Assembly: GCA_902780565.1 (NCBI GenBank)
Contig: CACZGD010000014.1
Span: 1,977 to 65,976 of the forward strand
Source: Oscillospiraceae bacterium
GTDB lineage: Bacteria; Bacillota; Clostridia; Oscillospirales; Acutalibacteraceae
Direction: 5' to 3'
DNA: 64,000 nucleotides
Below, piece after piece: positions 34,618 through 44,321 of the stretch (positions are counted from its first letter, which is position 1; every line of letters starts with the position of its first letter). Both the position numbers and the translations under genes were made by a program. Below the pieces are notes generated by a model. That model was not told the DNA's origin, searched no databases, and was given only the letters and a program-made list of their open reading frames with translations.

Positions 34618-36003
34618 ATGAAAAACGCAGCCATTATTCTTGCCGGGGGCGAAGGGACCCGCATGCACTCGTCGAAGCCCAAGGTCATGGCGGAGATCCT
34701 GTTCCGTCCCATGATCGACCGCGTGCTGGACGCGGCGAAGGGCGCGGGCGTAACGGACGTGTGCGTCATCACCGGCTACAAGGCGGAGATCCTGGAACAG
34801 CATCTGGAGGGGCGCGCGGTGTGCGTCCATCAGGCGGAGCGGCTCGGCACCGGGCACGCGGTGATGCAGGCGATCCCCTTCATTGAAAACAATCATTTTG
34901 ACAACGTGCTGATCCTCAACGGCGATGCGCCGTTCATCGACAGCGACACGATCCGCGAGGCGCTCTCCTATCACCTGACGCGCGGCTTCGTGCAGACGGT
35001 CATTTCCGCAAGGATCGAAAATCCCTTCGGCTACGGGCGCATCATCCGCGACACGAACGGGGATTTCACCGCCATCGTGGAGGAGGCCAGCGCCGACAAG
35101 GAGACCAAGAAGATCAACGAGATCAACTCCGGCGCCATGTGGTTTGCCGCCGACGCGCTGGTGGAGCTGCTGGCGAAGGTGACGAATGACAATTCCAAGG
35201 GCGAATACTACCTGACGGATACCGTGGGCATCGCGGTGCGCGAAAAGCGCCCGGTGGGCGCCTACACCGCAAAAAACGCGGACGCGGTGCTGGGCGCCAA
35301 CAACCGCGTGCAGCTCATGGAGCTGAACGAAAAGCTGCGGCAGAAGGTCCTGCGGCAGCATATGCTGGCGGGCGTTTCCATCCCCTGCGCGGACGGCGTG
35401 ATCATTGACGCGGACGCCGTGATCGGCGCGGACACCGTGATTCTGCCCGGCACCATCATCAAAGCCGGCTGCGAGATCGGCGAAAACTGCGTGATCGGTC
35501 CGAACACCGTGCTTTATAAAACAAAGGTCGGCAGCAACGTCACCCTCAACAGCGTGCAGGCGGAGGAAGCTGAGATATCGGATCACGCGAACCTCGGGCC
35601 GTTCGTGCATCTGCGCCCGAACGCGAAGATCGGGGAGCACGTCCACTGCGGCAACTTTGTGGAGATCAAGAACTCCGTGATCGGCGCGCACACCGCCGTG
35701 TCGCACCTCACCTACGTCGGGGATTCGGACGTGGGCAAGGGCGTGAACTTCGGCTGCGGCGTGGTAACGGTCAATTTCAACGGCAAGACCAAGAACCGCT
35801 GCACCGTGGGCGACGACGCCTTCATCGGCTGCAACACGAACCTCATTGCTCCGGTCAAGGTCGGCGACCGCGCTTATACCGCCGCAGGCTCCACGATCAC
35901 CCATGACGTCCCCGACGACAGCCTCGCCATTGCAAGAAGCCGCCAGGAGGTCAAGGAAAACTGGGTCATCAAAAAGAAACCGTATCGGGAGAAAAAATAC
36001 TGA
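34618..36003 (+). CDS. glmU: bifunctional UDP-N-acetylglucosamine diphosphorylase / glucosamine-1-phosphate N-acetyltransferase
   Basis: The start MKNAAIILAGGEGTRMHSSKPKV follows a GGAGGAAG SD. It has the LAGGxGTRM nucleotidyltransferase loop and C-terminal hexapeptide (left-handed beta-helix) repeats. Confidence 0.92.
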   Translation: MKNAAIILAGGEGTRMHSSKPKVMAEILFRPMIDRVLDAAKGAGVTDVCVITGYKAEILEQHLEGRAVCVHQAERLGTGHAVMQAIPFIENNHFDNVLILNGDAPFIDSDTIREALSYHLTRGFVQTVISARIENPFGYGRIIRDTNGDFTAIVEEASADKETKKINEINSGAMWFAADALVELLAKVTNDNSKGEYYLTDTVGIAVREKRPVGAYTAKNADAVLGANNRVQLMELNEKLRQKVLRQHMLAGVSIPCADGVIIDADAVIGADTVILPGTIIKAGCEIGENCVIGPNTVLYKTKVGSNVTLNSVQAEEAEISDHANLGPFVHLRPNAKIGEHVHCGNFVEIKNSVIGAHTAVSHLTYVGDSDVGKGVNFGCGVVTVNFNGKTKNRCTVGDDAFIGCNTNLIAPVKVGDRAYTAAGSTITHDVPDDSLAIARSRQEVKENWVIKKKPYREKKY

Positions 36004-36022
36004 TAGCATTCAGGAGGAACCT

Positions 36023-36637
36023 ATGGCTTTTTTCAAACGTCCATCCGCCGTACCGCGCGTGACGGGCAAGCCGGAATACATCATCGCGGGGCTGGGCAAC
36101 CCGGGGCGGGAGTATGAATACTCCCGGCACAACACGGGCTTTCTGGCGCTGGACGTGATCTGCAACAAATACGGCGGCAAGACCGACCGCCTGAAGTATA
36201 ACGCCCTGACGGGGCTTTGCGAGATCGGCGGGCATATCTGCCTGCTGATGCGCCCGCAGACCTATATGAACCTCTCCGGCAACGCCGTGGGAGAGGCCGC
36301 GGCGTTCTATAAGATCCCGCCGGAGAAGGTCGTCGTGCTATATGACGACATCTCGCTCCCCACGGGCTTCCTGCGTATCCGCAAGAAGGGGTCCGCCGGC
36401 GGGCATAACGGCGTGAAATCCATCATCGCCTGCCTCGGGACCGAGGAATTCCCGCGTCTGAAGATCGGCGTCGGCGCCAAGGCCGACCCGGACGAGGACC
36501 TGAAGGACCACGTCCTCGGCAAATTCTCCAAGGCGGACCTCGAGACCATCCGCAAGACCGGCGAACGCGCAGCCGAGGCCGTCGCCCTGATCGTGGACGG
36601 CAAGGTCGACGAAGCGATGAACAAGTATAACGGATAA
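36023..36637 (+). CDS. pth: peptidyl-tRNA hydrolase
   Basis: The start MAFFKRPS follows an AGGAGGA SD. It carries the signature IIAGLGNPGREYEYSRHNTGF. The longer ORF from 35846 overlaps glmU and is not credible. Confidence 0.92.
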   Translation: MAFFKRPSAVPRVTGKPEYIIAGLGNPGREYEYSRHNTGFLALDVICNKYGGKTDRLKYNALTGLCEIGGHICLLMRPQTYMNLSGNAVGEAAAFYKIPPEKVVVLYDDISLPTGFLRIRKKGSAGGHNGVKSIIACLGTEEFPRLKIGVGAKADPDEDLKDHVLGKFSKADLETIRKTGERAAEAVALIVDGKVDEAMNKYNG

Positions 36638-36645
36638 AAACTATC

Positions 36646-39600
36646 ATGAGCTCTTTTTCCCATCTTTTTTCCACGGGTCCCGAATACGCTTCGATCCGCT
36701 ACGACCTCGAGAAGGGGCGCTATCCCTTCGGGGTGCTGGGGCTGCCGCCCGCGACGAAGCACCTGCTGATCCACACGCTGTGCGAGAACACGAAGCACGG
36801 CGCCCTGGTCGTGACGCCGGACGAAGCCGCCGCCATGAAATGTGTGGACGACCTTGCCGTTTACGGCACGAAGGCCGTCTATTATCCCGCGCGGGACTTC
36901 ACCTTTCAGAACGTGGAAAGCGCGGGGCGCGACTATGAGCAGCTCCGCATCGGGGCGCTGCGCACGGCGCTGGAGAGCGAGGCGCCGGTGCTGGTGTGCT
37001 CGGCGGAGGCGTTTATCCAGCGCACCCTGCCGCCGGAAAGCCTGCGAAAGCGCATCCTGACCCTGCGCACCGGGCAGGTGATCGCGCCGGACGCCCTGCG
37101 CGAAAGGCTGATCGCGGCGGGCTATTCCTTCAGCGAGATGGTGGAGGGTCCCGGGCAGTTCTCCGTGCGCGGCGGCATTCTGGACGTGTTCCCCGCCGGG
37201 GGCGACGCGCCTGTGCGCATGGAGTTCTGGGACGACGAGATCGACTCGATCTCCCTGTTCGACGTGCTGACGCAGCGCCGCACGGACAGCCTGTCCCGGC
37301 TTGAGATCACGCCGTGCAGCGAGGTGCTGTTCGACTCGACGGCCGCGTTTATCGGCGCGCTGAAAACGCTTGCGGGCACGCTGAAGGGCAAAGCGGGCGC
37401 GAAGGCGAAGGAGAACCTGCAAAAAGATATCGAGCTGCTGGAGGCAGGCCTCGTGCCCGGCGCGACGGACAAATACCTGCCCCTCGCCTACCCCGGAACG
37501 GCCACGGTGCGCGACTACCTGCCCGAAGCGCTGCTGCTGGTGTGCGAATCCGGCGCGGTCAAGGAGCGCGTGACCGCCGTCAACCGGCAGCTTTACGAGG
37601 AGATCAAGGCCCTGTACGCCGACGGCGTGCTGTGCCGGGGGCTGGAGGGCTACACGGCGGAATTCACCGACGTGGTGCGCGCCTATGAGCGCGGCAAAAC
37701 CGTTTATATCGACAATTTCACCCGGGGCTCCTTCGACACCCCGGTCAGGGATCTCGTCAACTACGAGATCGGCGGCATCTCCCGCTGGGACGGCTCCTAT
37801 CAGCTCCTGCTGGAGGACGTGGAGCCGCTGCTGCGCAAGAACTACGCGGTGCTGGTCTTCTGCGGCACCGAAAAATACGCCGAGGGGATCATGAAATCGC
37901 TGGTGGAGGACGGCGTGCCCGCCGTGTTCCACGGCGACAAGCCCGGGCTGTTCGCCCGGGGACAGGCGCACGTACTGACCGGCGCGGTGTCCGGCGGCAT
38001 TGAATACAGCGCGGCGAAAATGACCGTGATCTCCTACGGGCGCGACGTCAAAAGCACGCGCCGCCGCCAGAGCGCAAAGCCGAAGCGCGACCCCAACGCC
38101 TTTCACTCCCTCGAGGAGCTGCACAAGGGCGACTATATCGTCCACAACGTCAACGGCATCGGCATTTTCGACGGCATCGAGCAGGTGCAGATGGAGGGCG
38201 TGACCAAGGACTACCTCAAGATCCGCTACGCGAAGGGCGACATGCTCTACGTACCCGTCACGAAGCTGGAGCTGGTTTCAAAATACGTCGGCCCCCACGA
38301 GGAGGACGGCGCAAGGACCGTGAAGATCAACCGCCTCGGCAGCGGGGACTGGGAAAAGACCAAGACCCGCGTGCGCGCCGCCGTGAAGGATATCGCCGCG
38401 GACCTGATCAGGCTCTACGCCGCGCGGCAGGCGACCGCGGGCTACGCCTTTTCGCCGGATATCGACATGCAGAACGACTTTGAGCGGCGCTTTGAGTTCG
38501 AGGAGACCGACGACCAGCTCCGCTGCGTGGACGAGATCAAGGGCGACATGGAGAAAAACTGCCCCATGGACCGCCTGCTGTGCGGGGACGTGGGCTTCGG
38601 CAAGACCGAGGTCGCGCTGCGCGCCGCGTTCAAGGCGGTGTGCGACGGCAAGCAGGTGGCGATCCTTGTGCCGACCACGATCCTGGCGCTGCAGCACTAC
38701 CGCACCATCCTGCACCGGATGGATACCTTCCCGGTGGAGGTGGACATGATCAGCCGCTTCCGCTCCCCGAAGCAGCAGAAGGAGACGCTGAAGAACGTGA
38801 GGTCCGGCGCGGTGGACATCCTTGTCGGTACGCACCGCCTGATCTCAAAGGACGTGGTGTTCAAGGACCTCGGGCTGCTGATCGTGGACGAGGAGCAGCG
38901 CTTCGGCGTGGCGCAGAAGGAAAAGCTGAAGGAAAAATTCCCCGCCGTGGACGTGCTGACCCTTTCGGCGACGCCGATCCCGCGCACGCTGAACTTTGCG
39001 ATGATGGGCATCCGCGACCTTTCGGTGATCGAGGAAGCGCCCATGGACCGCTACCCCGTGCAGACCTTCGTGATCGAGCACGACTGGCTGATCATCGAGC
39101 AGGCGATCGCCAAGGAGCTGCGGCGCGGCGGGCAGGTCTATTACCTCCACAACCGCGTGCAGGACATCGAGGAGACCGCCGCCGCGATCGGCAAGCTCTT
39201 CCCGGACGTGGAGATCGGGATCGCCCACGGCAAGATGAACGAAAACGAGCTGTCCGCCGTGTGGAAGCAGCTGCTGGAGGGCGAGATCCGCATTCTGGTG
39301 TGCACCACCATCATCGAAACCGGCGTGGACGTGGCGAACGTGAACACGCTGATCATTGAGGACGCGGACCGCATGGGCCTTGCGCAGCTCCACCAGATCC
39401 GCGGCCGCGTGGGGCGTTCCACCCGCCGCGCCTACGCCTACTGCACCTTCCGGCGGGATAAGGAGCTGTCCGAGATCGCCGAAAAGCGGCTGACCGCGAT
39501 CCGGGAGTTCAGCCAGTTCGGCTCCGGCTTCAAGATCGCCATGCGCGACCTCGAGATCCGGGGCGCGGGCAACATGCTGGGCGCCGAGCAGCACGGGCAT

Positions 39601-40116
39601 ATTGAAGCCGTCGGCTACGATCTGTATCTCGAGCTCCTCAGCGAAGCCGTCGCCATGCTCAAAAACGGGGAAACGGCCTACGTGCCGAAACGCGACTGCC
39701 AGGTCGATATCCAGATCGACGCGCACATCCCCGAAAGCTATATTGAAAGCTACCCGCAGCGCATCGCGATCTACAAGCGCATTGCGGATATCCATACCGA
39801 GGCGGACGCCATGGACGTGACGGACGAGCTGATCGACCGTTACGGCGAACCGCCGAAGGCGGCGCTGGGGCTCATCAAGGTCGCCCTGCTGAAAAACACC
39901 GCCGCCGACAACAATATCAGCGAGATCACCCAGCGCGGGAACGCCCTGATCCTGTTCGTCCCTTCGATCGAGAAGGAGACGCTGAAAAAGCTGTCCGTCC
40001 TGCGCGGGCGCGTCTCCGCCAACGCGGGGCTCAAGCCCTATTATTCCGTGCGCATCCTGCCCGGGCAAAACGCCCTGGACGCGCTGGAGGACACGCTGAA
40101 GACCCTGCAGGTCTGA
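36646..40116 (+). CDS. mfd: transcription-repair coupling factor
   Basis: 1156 aa. It has a UvrB-homology N-terminus and SF2 translocase motifs LLCGDVGFGKTEVA, LIVDEEQRFG and HQIRGRVGRS, plus a TRCF C-terminal domain. Confidence 0.93.
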   Translation: MSSFSHLFSTGPEYASIRYDLEKGRYPFGVLGLPPATKHLLIHTLCENTKHGALVVTPDEAAAMKCVDDLAVYGTKAVYYPARDFTFQNVESAGRDYEQLRIGALRTALESEAPVLVCSAEAFIQRTLPPESLRKRILTLRTGQVIAPDALRERLIAAGYSFSEMVEGPGQFSVRGGILDVFPAGGDAPVRMEFWDDEIDSISLFDVLTQRRTDSLSRLEITPCSEVLFDSTAAFIGALKTLAGTLKGKAGAKAKENLQKDIELLEAGLVPGATDKYLPLAYPGTATVRDYLPEALLLVCESGAVKERVTAVNRQLYEEIKALYADGVLCRGLEGYTAEFTDVVRAYERGKTVYIDNFTRGSFDTPVRDLVNYEIGGISRWDGSYQLLLEDVEPLLRKNYAVLVFCGTEKYAEGIMKSLVEDGVPAVFHGDKPGLFARGQAHVLTGAVSGGIEYSAAKMTVISYGRDVKSTRRRQSAKPKRDPNAFHSLEELHKGDYIVHNVNGIGIFDGIEQVQMEGVTKDYLKIRYAKGDMLYVPVTKLELVSKYVGPHEEDGARTVKINRLGSGDWEKTKTRVRAAVKDIAADLIRLYAARQATAGYAFSPDIDMQNDFERRFEFEETDDQLRCVDEIKGDMEKNCPMDRLLCGDVGFGKTEVALRAAFKAVCDGKQVAILVPTTILALQHYRTILHRMDTFPVEVDMISRFRSPKQQKETLKNVRSGAVDILVGTHRLISKDVVFKDLGLLIVDEEQRFGVAQKEKLKEKFPAVDVLTLSATPIPRTLNFAMMGIRDLSVIEEAPMDRYPVQTFVIEHDWLIIEQAIAKELRRGGQVYYLHNRVQDIEETAAAIGKLFPDVEIGIAHGKMNENELSAVWKQLLEGEIRILVCTTIIETGVDVANVNTLIIEDADRMGLAQLHQIRGRVGRSTRRAYAYCTFRRDKELSEIAEKRLTAIREFSQFGSGFKIAMRDLEIRGAGNMLGAEQHGHIEAVGYDLYLELLSEAVAMLKNGETAYVPKRDCQVDIQIDAHIPESYIESYPQRIAIYKRIADIHTEADAMDVTDELIDRYGEPPKAALGLIKVALLKNTAADNNISEITQRGNALILFVPSIEKETLKKLSVLRGRVSANAGLKPYYSVRILPGQNALDALEDTLKTLQV

Positions 40117-40261
40117 CGGGGAAAGCGCCCTGACAAGGGCGGTATTTCCCGCAGGAGCCCCGGCGCGGAGTTCCGCGTCGGGACCGACGCGCACACGCTC
40201 CGGGAGATCGGTCCTGCGCGGGACCGGTTCCGGCTGCACATTCTGTAAAGGAGGCGAAGGG

Positions 40262-41287
40262 ATGCTGATCACCGAAGAACAGCTTGCCGCAAAGCTCAAG
40301 GCGGGCTTTCGGGAGCATATTTTCCTGCTGTTCGGCGACGACGGCTATATGAAGCGGGTGTATACCGACCGGCTGGTCGGCGCCGTGCTCGGCGACGACG
40401 CCCTGCGCTTTTTCAACTTCCACGAGTATGGGGACGACGCGGACCTCGACGGGATTCTGGCGGACGCGGACAACCTGCCCGTGATGACGGACCGCACCTG
40501 CCTGCTGGTGAAGGACTTTCCGCTGCAGCAGCTCTCCGCCAAGGAGCTTGCCGCGTTCGGGGAAAAGCTGGCGGGCGTGCCCGATTCCACCGTGCTGCTC
40601 TTCTCCTACCCCACCCTCGACTTCACACGAAACAATTACGACTTCCCGAAGTGGACGCCGGTGATCGACCTGTTCGCCAAAGCAGGCGTCTGCGCGGACC
40701 TCTCCCACCGCACGGGCGCCCGCCTGCTGCGCATGCTGCAAAAGGGCGCCAAGGACCGCGGCTGCGAGCTGAGCCCCGAAAACGCACAGTACCTTTTAGA
40801 CGTCACGGGCGACGATACCGGGCACCTGCTTGGCGAGATCGGCAAGCTGTGCGCCTACGCCGATAAACAGCCCATCACGCGCGACATGATCGACGCGGTC
40901 GTCACCAAAACGGTGGAAGCCTCGGTGTTCGATATCAGCGGGGCCATCCTCTCCGGCGATCCGGATACCGCGCTTGCCGCCGCGTTCGAGCTGCTGCGCC
41001 GCAAGGTCGCCGTGCAATCCATCATCGGGGCGCTCTCCTCCGCCTACGTCAACCTCTACCGGCTCAGCGCCGCAAAGCAGGTCGGGCGCGGCTACCGGGA
41101 TTTTGCCGAAGCCTTCGGCTATAAATCCGCCTTCGCGGTCCAGAAGGTCGCCCCCTACGTCGGGAAGCTCCCGTCCGCGCGGCTGCGCGAGTCCCTCGAG
41201 ATTCTGCTGGACGCGGACGTGACCACCAAGTCCCGCGCCTTCGACCCCGAAACGCTCCTGACGGAGCTGATCTGCAGGCTTTCGTGA
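40262..41287 (+). CDS. holA: DNA polymerase III delta subunit
   Basis: 341 aa with an AAAGGAGG SD. The N-terminal FLLFGDDGYMKRVYTDRLV and the overall length and pattern fit HolA. Confidence 0.75.
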   Translation: MLITEEQLAAKLKAGFREHIFLLFGDDGYMKRVYTDRLVGAVLGDDALRFFNFHEYGDDADLDGILADADNLPVMTDRTCLLVKDFPLQQLSAKELAAFGEKLAGVPDSTVLLFSYPTLDFTRNNYDFPKWTPVIDLFAKAGVCADLSHRTGARLLRMLQKGAKDRGCELSPENAQYLLDVTGDDTGHLLGEIGKLCAYADKQPITRDMIDAVVTKTVEASVFDISGAILSGDPDTALAAAFELLRRKVAVQSIIGALSSAYVNLYRLSAAKQVGRGYRDFAEAFGYKSAFAVQKVAPYVGKLPSARLRESLEILLDADVTTKSRAFDPETLLTELICRLS

Positions 41288-41700
41288 TGTTCCATACCGA
41301 CAGACTCGTCCTCGTGGAGGGCAAATACGATAAAATACGCCTCGCCCCGCTGCTGGACGCCCCGATCATGACGACCGAGGGCTTCGGCGTGTTCAAGGAT
41401 AAGGAAAAGCAGCGCTTCATCCGGAAGGCCGCCGCCGAGCGGGGGCTGATCGTGATCACGGATTCGGACGCGGCAGGCTTTCAGATCCGCCATTTCATCC
41501 GCAATATCGCGGGGCAGGACGCGGATATCCTGCAGGTCTACATTCCGGACGTTTACGGCAAGGAGCGCCGCAAGGAGGCCCCCTCCAAGGAAGGCAAGCT
41601 CGGCGTGGAGGGCATGGAGACCGACGCGCTGCGGGAGGCCCTGCGAAAAGCGGGCGTCTTCCGCGAGGCGCAGGGCGACGCGAACACGGACCCGGGCTGA
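41284..41700 (+). CDS. Toprim-domain ribonuclease M5-like (DUF4093-type) protein, 5' part of an apparently frameshifted gene
   Basis: LVLVEGKYDKIRL...LIVITDSDAAGFQIRHFI matches the Toprim pattern of RNase M5. The ORF stops at 41698..41700 immediately after a CCCGGG run. The family C-terminus continues in another frame (see the next feature). Confidence 0.7.
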   Translation: MMFHTDRLVLVEGKYDKIRLAPLLDAPIMTTEGFGVFKDKEKQRFIRKAAAERGLIVITDSDAAGFQIRHFIRNIAGQDADILQVYIPDVYGKERRKEAPSKEGKLGVEGMETDALREALRKAGVFREAQGDANTDPG

Positions 41701-41852
41701 CCGGCGGGGCGAACGCGGCGGACCGGCGGCGCGCGTTCCTGACGTTTCTGGGGCTGCCGCAGCGCCTGACCGGGGGCAGCCTGCTGCAAATGCTCAACGC
41801 CTTTCTGACAAAGCGTCAGTTTTTGGAACGGCTGCGTGAATTTGACGCTTGA
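41700..41852 (+). pseudogene. 3' fragment of the RNase M5-like gene in the -1 frame
   Basis: The frame starting at 41700 reads TGGANAADRRRAFLTFLGLPQRLTGGSLLQMLNAFLTKRQFLERLREFDA*. This aligns by eye with the B. subtilis RnmV C-terminus (GLIGGPAAKCRRERLGDLLKIG...), recalled from memory. Adding one G to the GGG run at 41694..41696 would fuse both parts into a protein of about 189 aa. Confidence 0.6.
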
Positions 41853-41877
41853 CAAGCGCCACTCCGCATATTACAAT
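41849..41877 (+). promoter_or_regulatory. sigma-A type promoter for the downstream membrane-anchored protein
   Basis: TTGACA (41849..41854), a 17-nt spacer, then TACAAT (41872..41877). Confidence 0.55.
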
Positions 41878-41894
41878 CGAATTGGGTGAAGACT

Positions 41895-42413
41895 ATGAAG
41901 ACGAAAAAGAACCGTTTTACCGTCCTGCTGGCGCTGCTGCTTGCAACCGTGACGGCGGGCGCCGTGATCGCGTCCCGCACCCCGCGGGAGGCGACGGGCG
42001 CATTTGTGCGCAAGCTCGTGGACCGCATGGATATCACGGTGGAGAACACCGTCTTTTCGTTCGATCCGGACGCGTCCGAGGACGGGACCTTCGAGCTGGA
42101 AACGACCGTGACGCTGGTAAAAACCGAGCCGGACTTTTACGCCCGGCTGCTGGATATTTCGCTGGAGGGACTGGACCTTGATTCCCTTTCGGTCGCGGAC
42201 GCGACGGGCGCGGGCGCGCTCAAAAAGGGCGGCGTGTTCCTGCCGGTGGAGGACGGCAAGGCCGTGCCGCTAACCCTCACCGTCACCGCGCGTTTTCATG
42301 CCGACGGCACAACGGAGCTATCCCCGACACTGGTGCTGCACTACCGCTCCGGCATGACCGCCGACGCGGCGGACGAACGCTATCTCGAGATCCCGCTGAC
42401 GGTCACGTTCTGA
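41895..42413 (+). CDS. hypothetical membrane-anchored/secreted protein
   Basis: MKTKKNRFTVLLALLLATVTAGAVIA is a signal or anchor sequence, and I recognise no family. The track ORF starts at a GTG at 41886. I prefer the ATG at 41895 given the promoter position. Confidence 0.5.
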   Translation: MKTKKNRFTVLLALLLATVTAGAVIASRTPREATGAFVRKLVDRMDITVENTVFSFDPDASEDGTFELETTVTLVKTEPDFYARLLDISLEGLDLDSLSVADATGAGALKKGGVFLPVEDGKAVPLTLTVTARFHADGTTELSPTLVLHYRSGMTADAADERYLEIPLTVTF

Positions 42414-42423
42414 AAAAGACGTC

Positions 42424-42453
42424 AAAAAAAAGAGCCGCGAGGGCTCTTTTTTT
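42424..42453. terminator. bidirectional intrinsic terminator between convergent genes
   Basis: An A-run, then the stem AGAGCC-GCGAG-GGCTCT, then TTTTTTT. Confidence 0.8.
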
Positions 42454-42466
42454 ATGGGGTATGGAT

Positions 42467-42937
42467 TTACTTCTTGTCCGCTTCGTCTTCCTTCTTGACG
42501 AGAGAATCGCGGATCTCCTTGAGGATATCGAGCTCGGTCTCTTCGGGAGCGGCTTCTTCCTCTTCCTTGTTCTTCTTGGCAAGGGCTTCCGCTTTTTTCT
42601 TCACGTTCATGATGATGCGCAGCACGATGAAGATGGAAAGCGCAATGAGCAGGAAGTCGATGATGTTCTGCAGGAACTGACCGTAGGTCAGGGCGATCTC
42701 AGCCTGATCAATCACCTTTTCGCCATCTTCGAGGTGGAAAACCTCCGGCTTAAAAACGTGCTTGAGCCCCGCGAACGTGGAGGAACCGGTCAGAAGGCTG
42801 ATCAGGGGCGTGATGATATCACTGACAAGACTCGTCACGATTTTGCCGAACGCGCCGCCGATGATCACGCCGACGGCCATATCCAGGATATTGCCCTTGA
42901 GCGCGAACTCTTTGAAATCCTTGAAAAATTTCTTCAT
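42467..42937 (-). CDS. mscL: large-conductance mechanosensitive channel
   Basis: 156 aa. The N-terminus FKEFALKGNILDMAVGVIIGGAFGKIVTSLVSDIITP is the MscL signature. Confidence 0.93.
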   Translation of the reverse strand: MKKFFKDFKEFALKGNILDMAVGVIIGGAFGKIVTSLVSDIITPLISLLTGSSTFAGLKHVFKPEVFHLEDGEKVIDQAEIALTYGQFLQNIIDFLLIALSIFIVLRIIMNVKKKAEALAKKNKEEEEAAPEETELDILKEIRDSLVKKEDEADKK

Positions 42938-42968
42938 ACATAAAACTCCTTTCTTGGTTCATGCTTCA

Positions 42969-42997
42969 AGTGTACCCTAATTTTCGCCGTTTGTCAA
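42969..42997 (-). promoter_or_regulatory. sigma-A type promoter for mscL
   Basis: The minus strand reads TTGACA-17 nt-TACACT. Confidence 0.55.
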
Positions 42998-43027
42998 GAC
43001 GGGTTTACAGGATTCGCGTTTTTTCTC

Positions 43028-43056
43028 TTGAAAATCCGGGCGCGGTTTGGTAGAAT
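43028..43056 (+). promoter_or_regulatory. sigma-A type promoter for the lipoprotein gene
   Basis: TTGAAA-17 nt-TAGAAT with a TGn extended -10. Confidence 0.55.
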
Positions 43057-43118
43057 ATACTCATAAGTTTATCCGGAAGTTTCCCACCCGAAATCCCAAT
43101 CCGAAACGGAGCTGCGCT

Positions 43119-44255
43119 ATGAAAAAACAAGGCTTTCTTTCGATCCTCCTGGCGGGGACGCTGCTGCTGCCGCTGACCGGCTGCCGACAGCGGATTCAAC
43201 AGGAGACGCCGAACACGGTGCCGAATTATATCGACCCCTACGCGCCGGTCTATACCCAGCCCACCGGCGTGCCCCTCACCACGCTGCCGGGCATGGATCC
43301 CGAACTGCCGTCGCTGGAATTCAACGAAAACGCCGCCACCTACCTCGGCGCGTTCAATTCCGAGATCTACGGGCGGCTGATGCTGTATTACCAGCAGGAC
43401 CGGCTTGCGATCATCGACCCGCTGGGCGACCTGCTGTTCACCATGTACGCGGAGGGCTATAAGCCCGCGGGCGCGGACGAGCGCGAGGCCTTTTTATACG
43501 AGGACGAAACGGACGAAAACGGCGACCCGATCGACCCGGAGGAGGACGACGAGGATTGGTACGACGACGAGGATGAAGACGAGGACGAAGAATCGCCCGA
43601 TTTTGTAGAGGAGGAAGACCCCACCGGCGCCGTGGAGCTGCTGGCGGGCGACATCAATTTCGACGGCTATACGGACTTCATGCTGCTCTATACCCGGTCC
43701 GGCTTCAATTCCTATTATTTCTGCTGGCTGTGGGATATGGCGGCGCACCGCTTCCGCTATTACCTGCCGCTGTCCTCCATCCCCTCCCCGGCGTTTGACG
43801 CGCAGCGCCAGCGCGTGACCAGCTCCGACCGGCGCGGCGCCACGCAGCTCCTCACAACGGACTATATCTGGCAGAACGGCGATCTGGTCCCGGTGGGCCA
43901 CGGGGAGTTCACGATCCCGGAGCAGACCACCCGCCCCGGCGACGCGGAGGACGCGGATACCTCCGTGCGCATTTCCGATAACAAAACGCTGTCCTTCATC
44001 GAGTTCAACGCGAATCCGAATTCCGCCAGCCGCTGGATCTGCCGGATCGAAAACCCGGGCGTATTGCGGCTGCAAAGCGAGCAGCTCGACGCCGCGGCAG
44101 GGAACCACCGCTTCAACTTCCGGGGCGTGGGCGTCGGCGTCACCACCGTCGCCTTCCGCTATGCCACCTCGTGGGACGCGGGCTTCGTCGCCGAAAAGAT
44201 CTTCAACGTCTCCGTCGCGCGAGACGGCGTCATCACCATCCGCATCACGGAATAA
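43119..44255 (+). CDS. lipoprotein with an acidic low-complexity linker
   Basis: The start MKKQGFLSILLAGTLLLPLTGC (lipobox LTGC) follows a GGAG SD. It has the acidic run EEDDEDWYDDEDEDEDEE. The C-terminal roughly 100 aa faintly resemble a chagasin/I42-type beta-sandwich; this is weak. Confidence 0.6.
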   Translation: MKKQGFLSILLAGTLLLPLTGCRQRIQQETPNTVPNYIDPYAPVYTQPTGVPLTTLPGMDPELPSLEFNENAATYLGAFNSEIYGRLMLYYQQDRLAIIDPLGDLLFTMYAEGYKPAGADEREAFLYEDETDENGDPIDPEEDDEDWYDDEDEDEDEESPDFVEEEDPTGAVELLAGDINFDGYTDFMLLYTRSGFNSYYFCWLWDMAAHRFRYYLPLSSIPSPAFDAQRQRVTSSDRRGATQLLTTDYIWQNGDLVPVGHGEFTIPEQTTRPGDAEDADTSVRISDNKTLSFIEFNANPNSASRWICRIENPGVLRLQSEQLDAAAGNHRFNFRGVGVGVTTVAFRYATSWDAGFVAEKIFNVSVARDGVITIRITE

Positions 44256-44275
44256 AATCACGTATACACACAGTC

Positions 44276-44310
44276 AAAAAGGAGATCCGCCCGGATCTCC
44301 TTTTCGTTTT
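44276..44310. terminator. bidirectional intrinsic terminator
   Basis: AAAAA, then the stem GGAGATC-CGCCCG-GATCTCC, then TTTTCGTTTTT. Confidence 0.8.
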
Positions 44311-44321
44311 TCCCTGATTGC

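Noticed and set aside
35846-36022. N-terminal extensions offered by the ORF track, considered as the true starts: pth from 35846, glmU from 34570, radical SAM from 54093, manA from 52201, giant protein 2 from 34313, CHAP protein from 48878, rpsL from 59608, rpsG from 58971.
   Set aside because: In each case an internal start with a proper Shine-Dalgarno sequence coincides with the conserved family N-terminus or a signal peptide. The extension either overlaps the upstream gene or lacks an SD.
40117-40261. GC-rich 145-nt mfd-holA spacer with the hairpin GGGAAAGCGCCCT-GACA-AGGGCGGTATTTCCC, considered as a terminator, riboswitch or sRNA.
   Set aside because: No U-tract follows the stem and it bears no resemblance to any riboswitch class I know. 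It may simply be an mRNA-stabilising hairpin.
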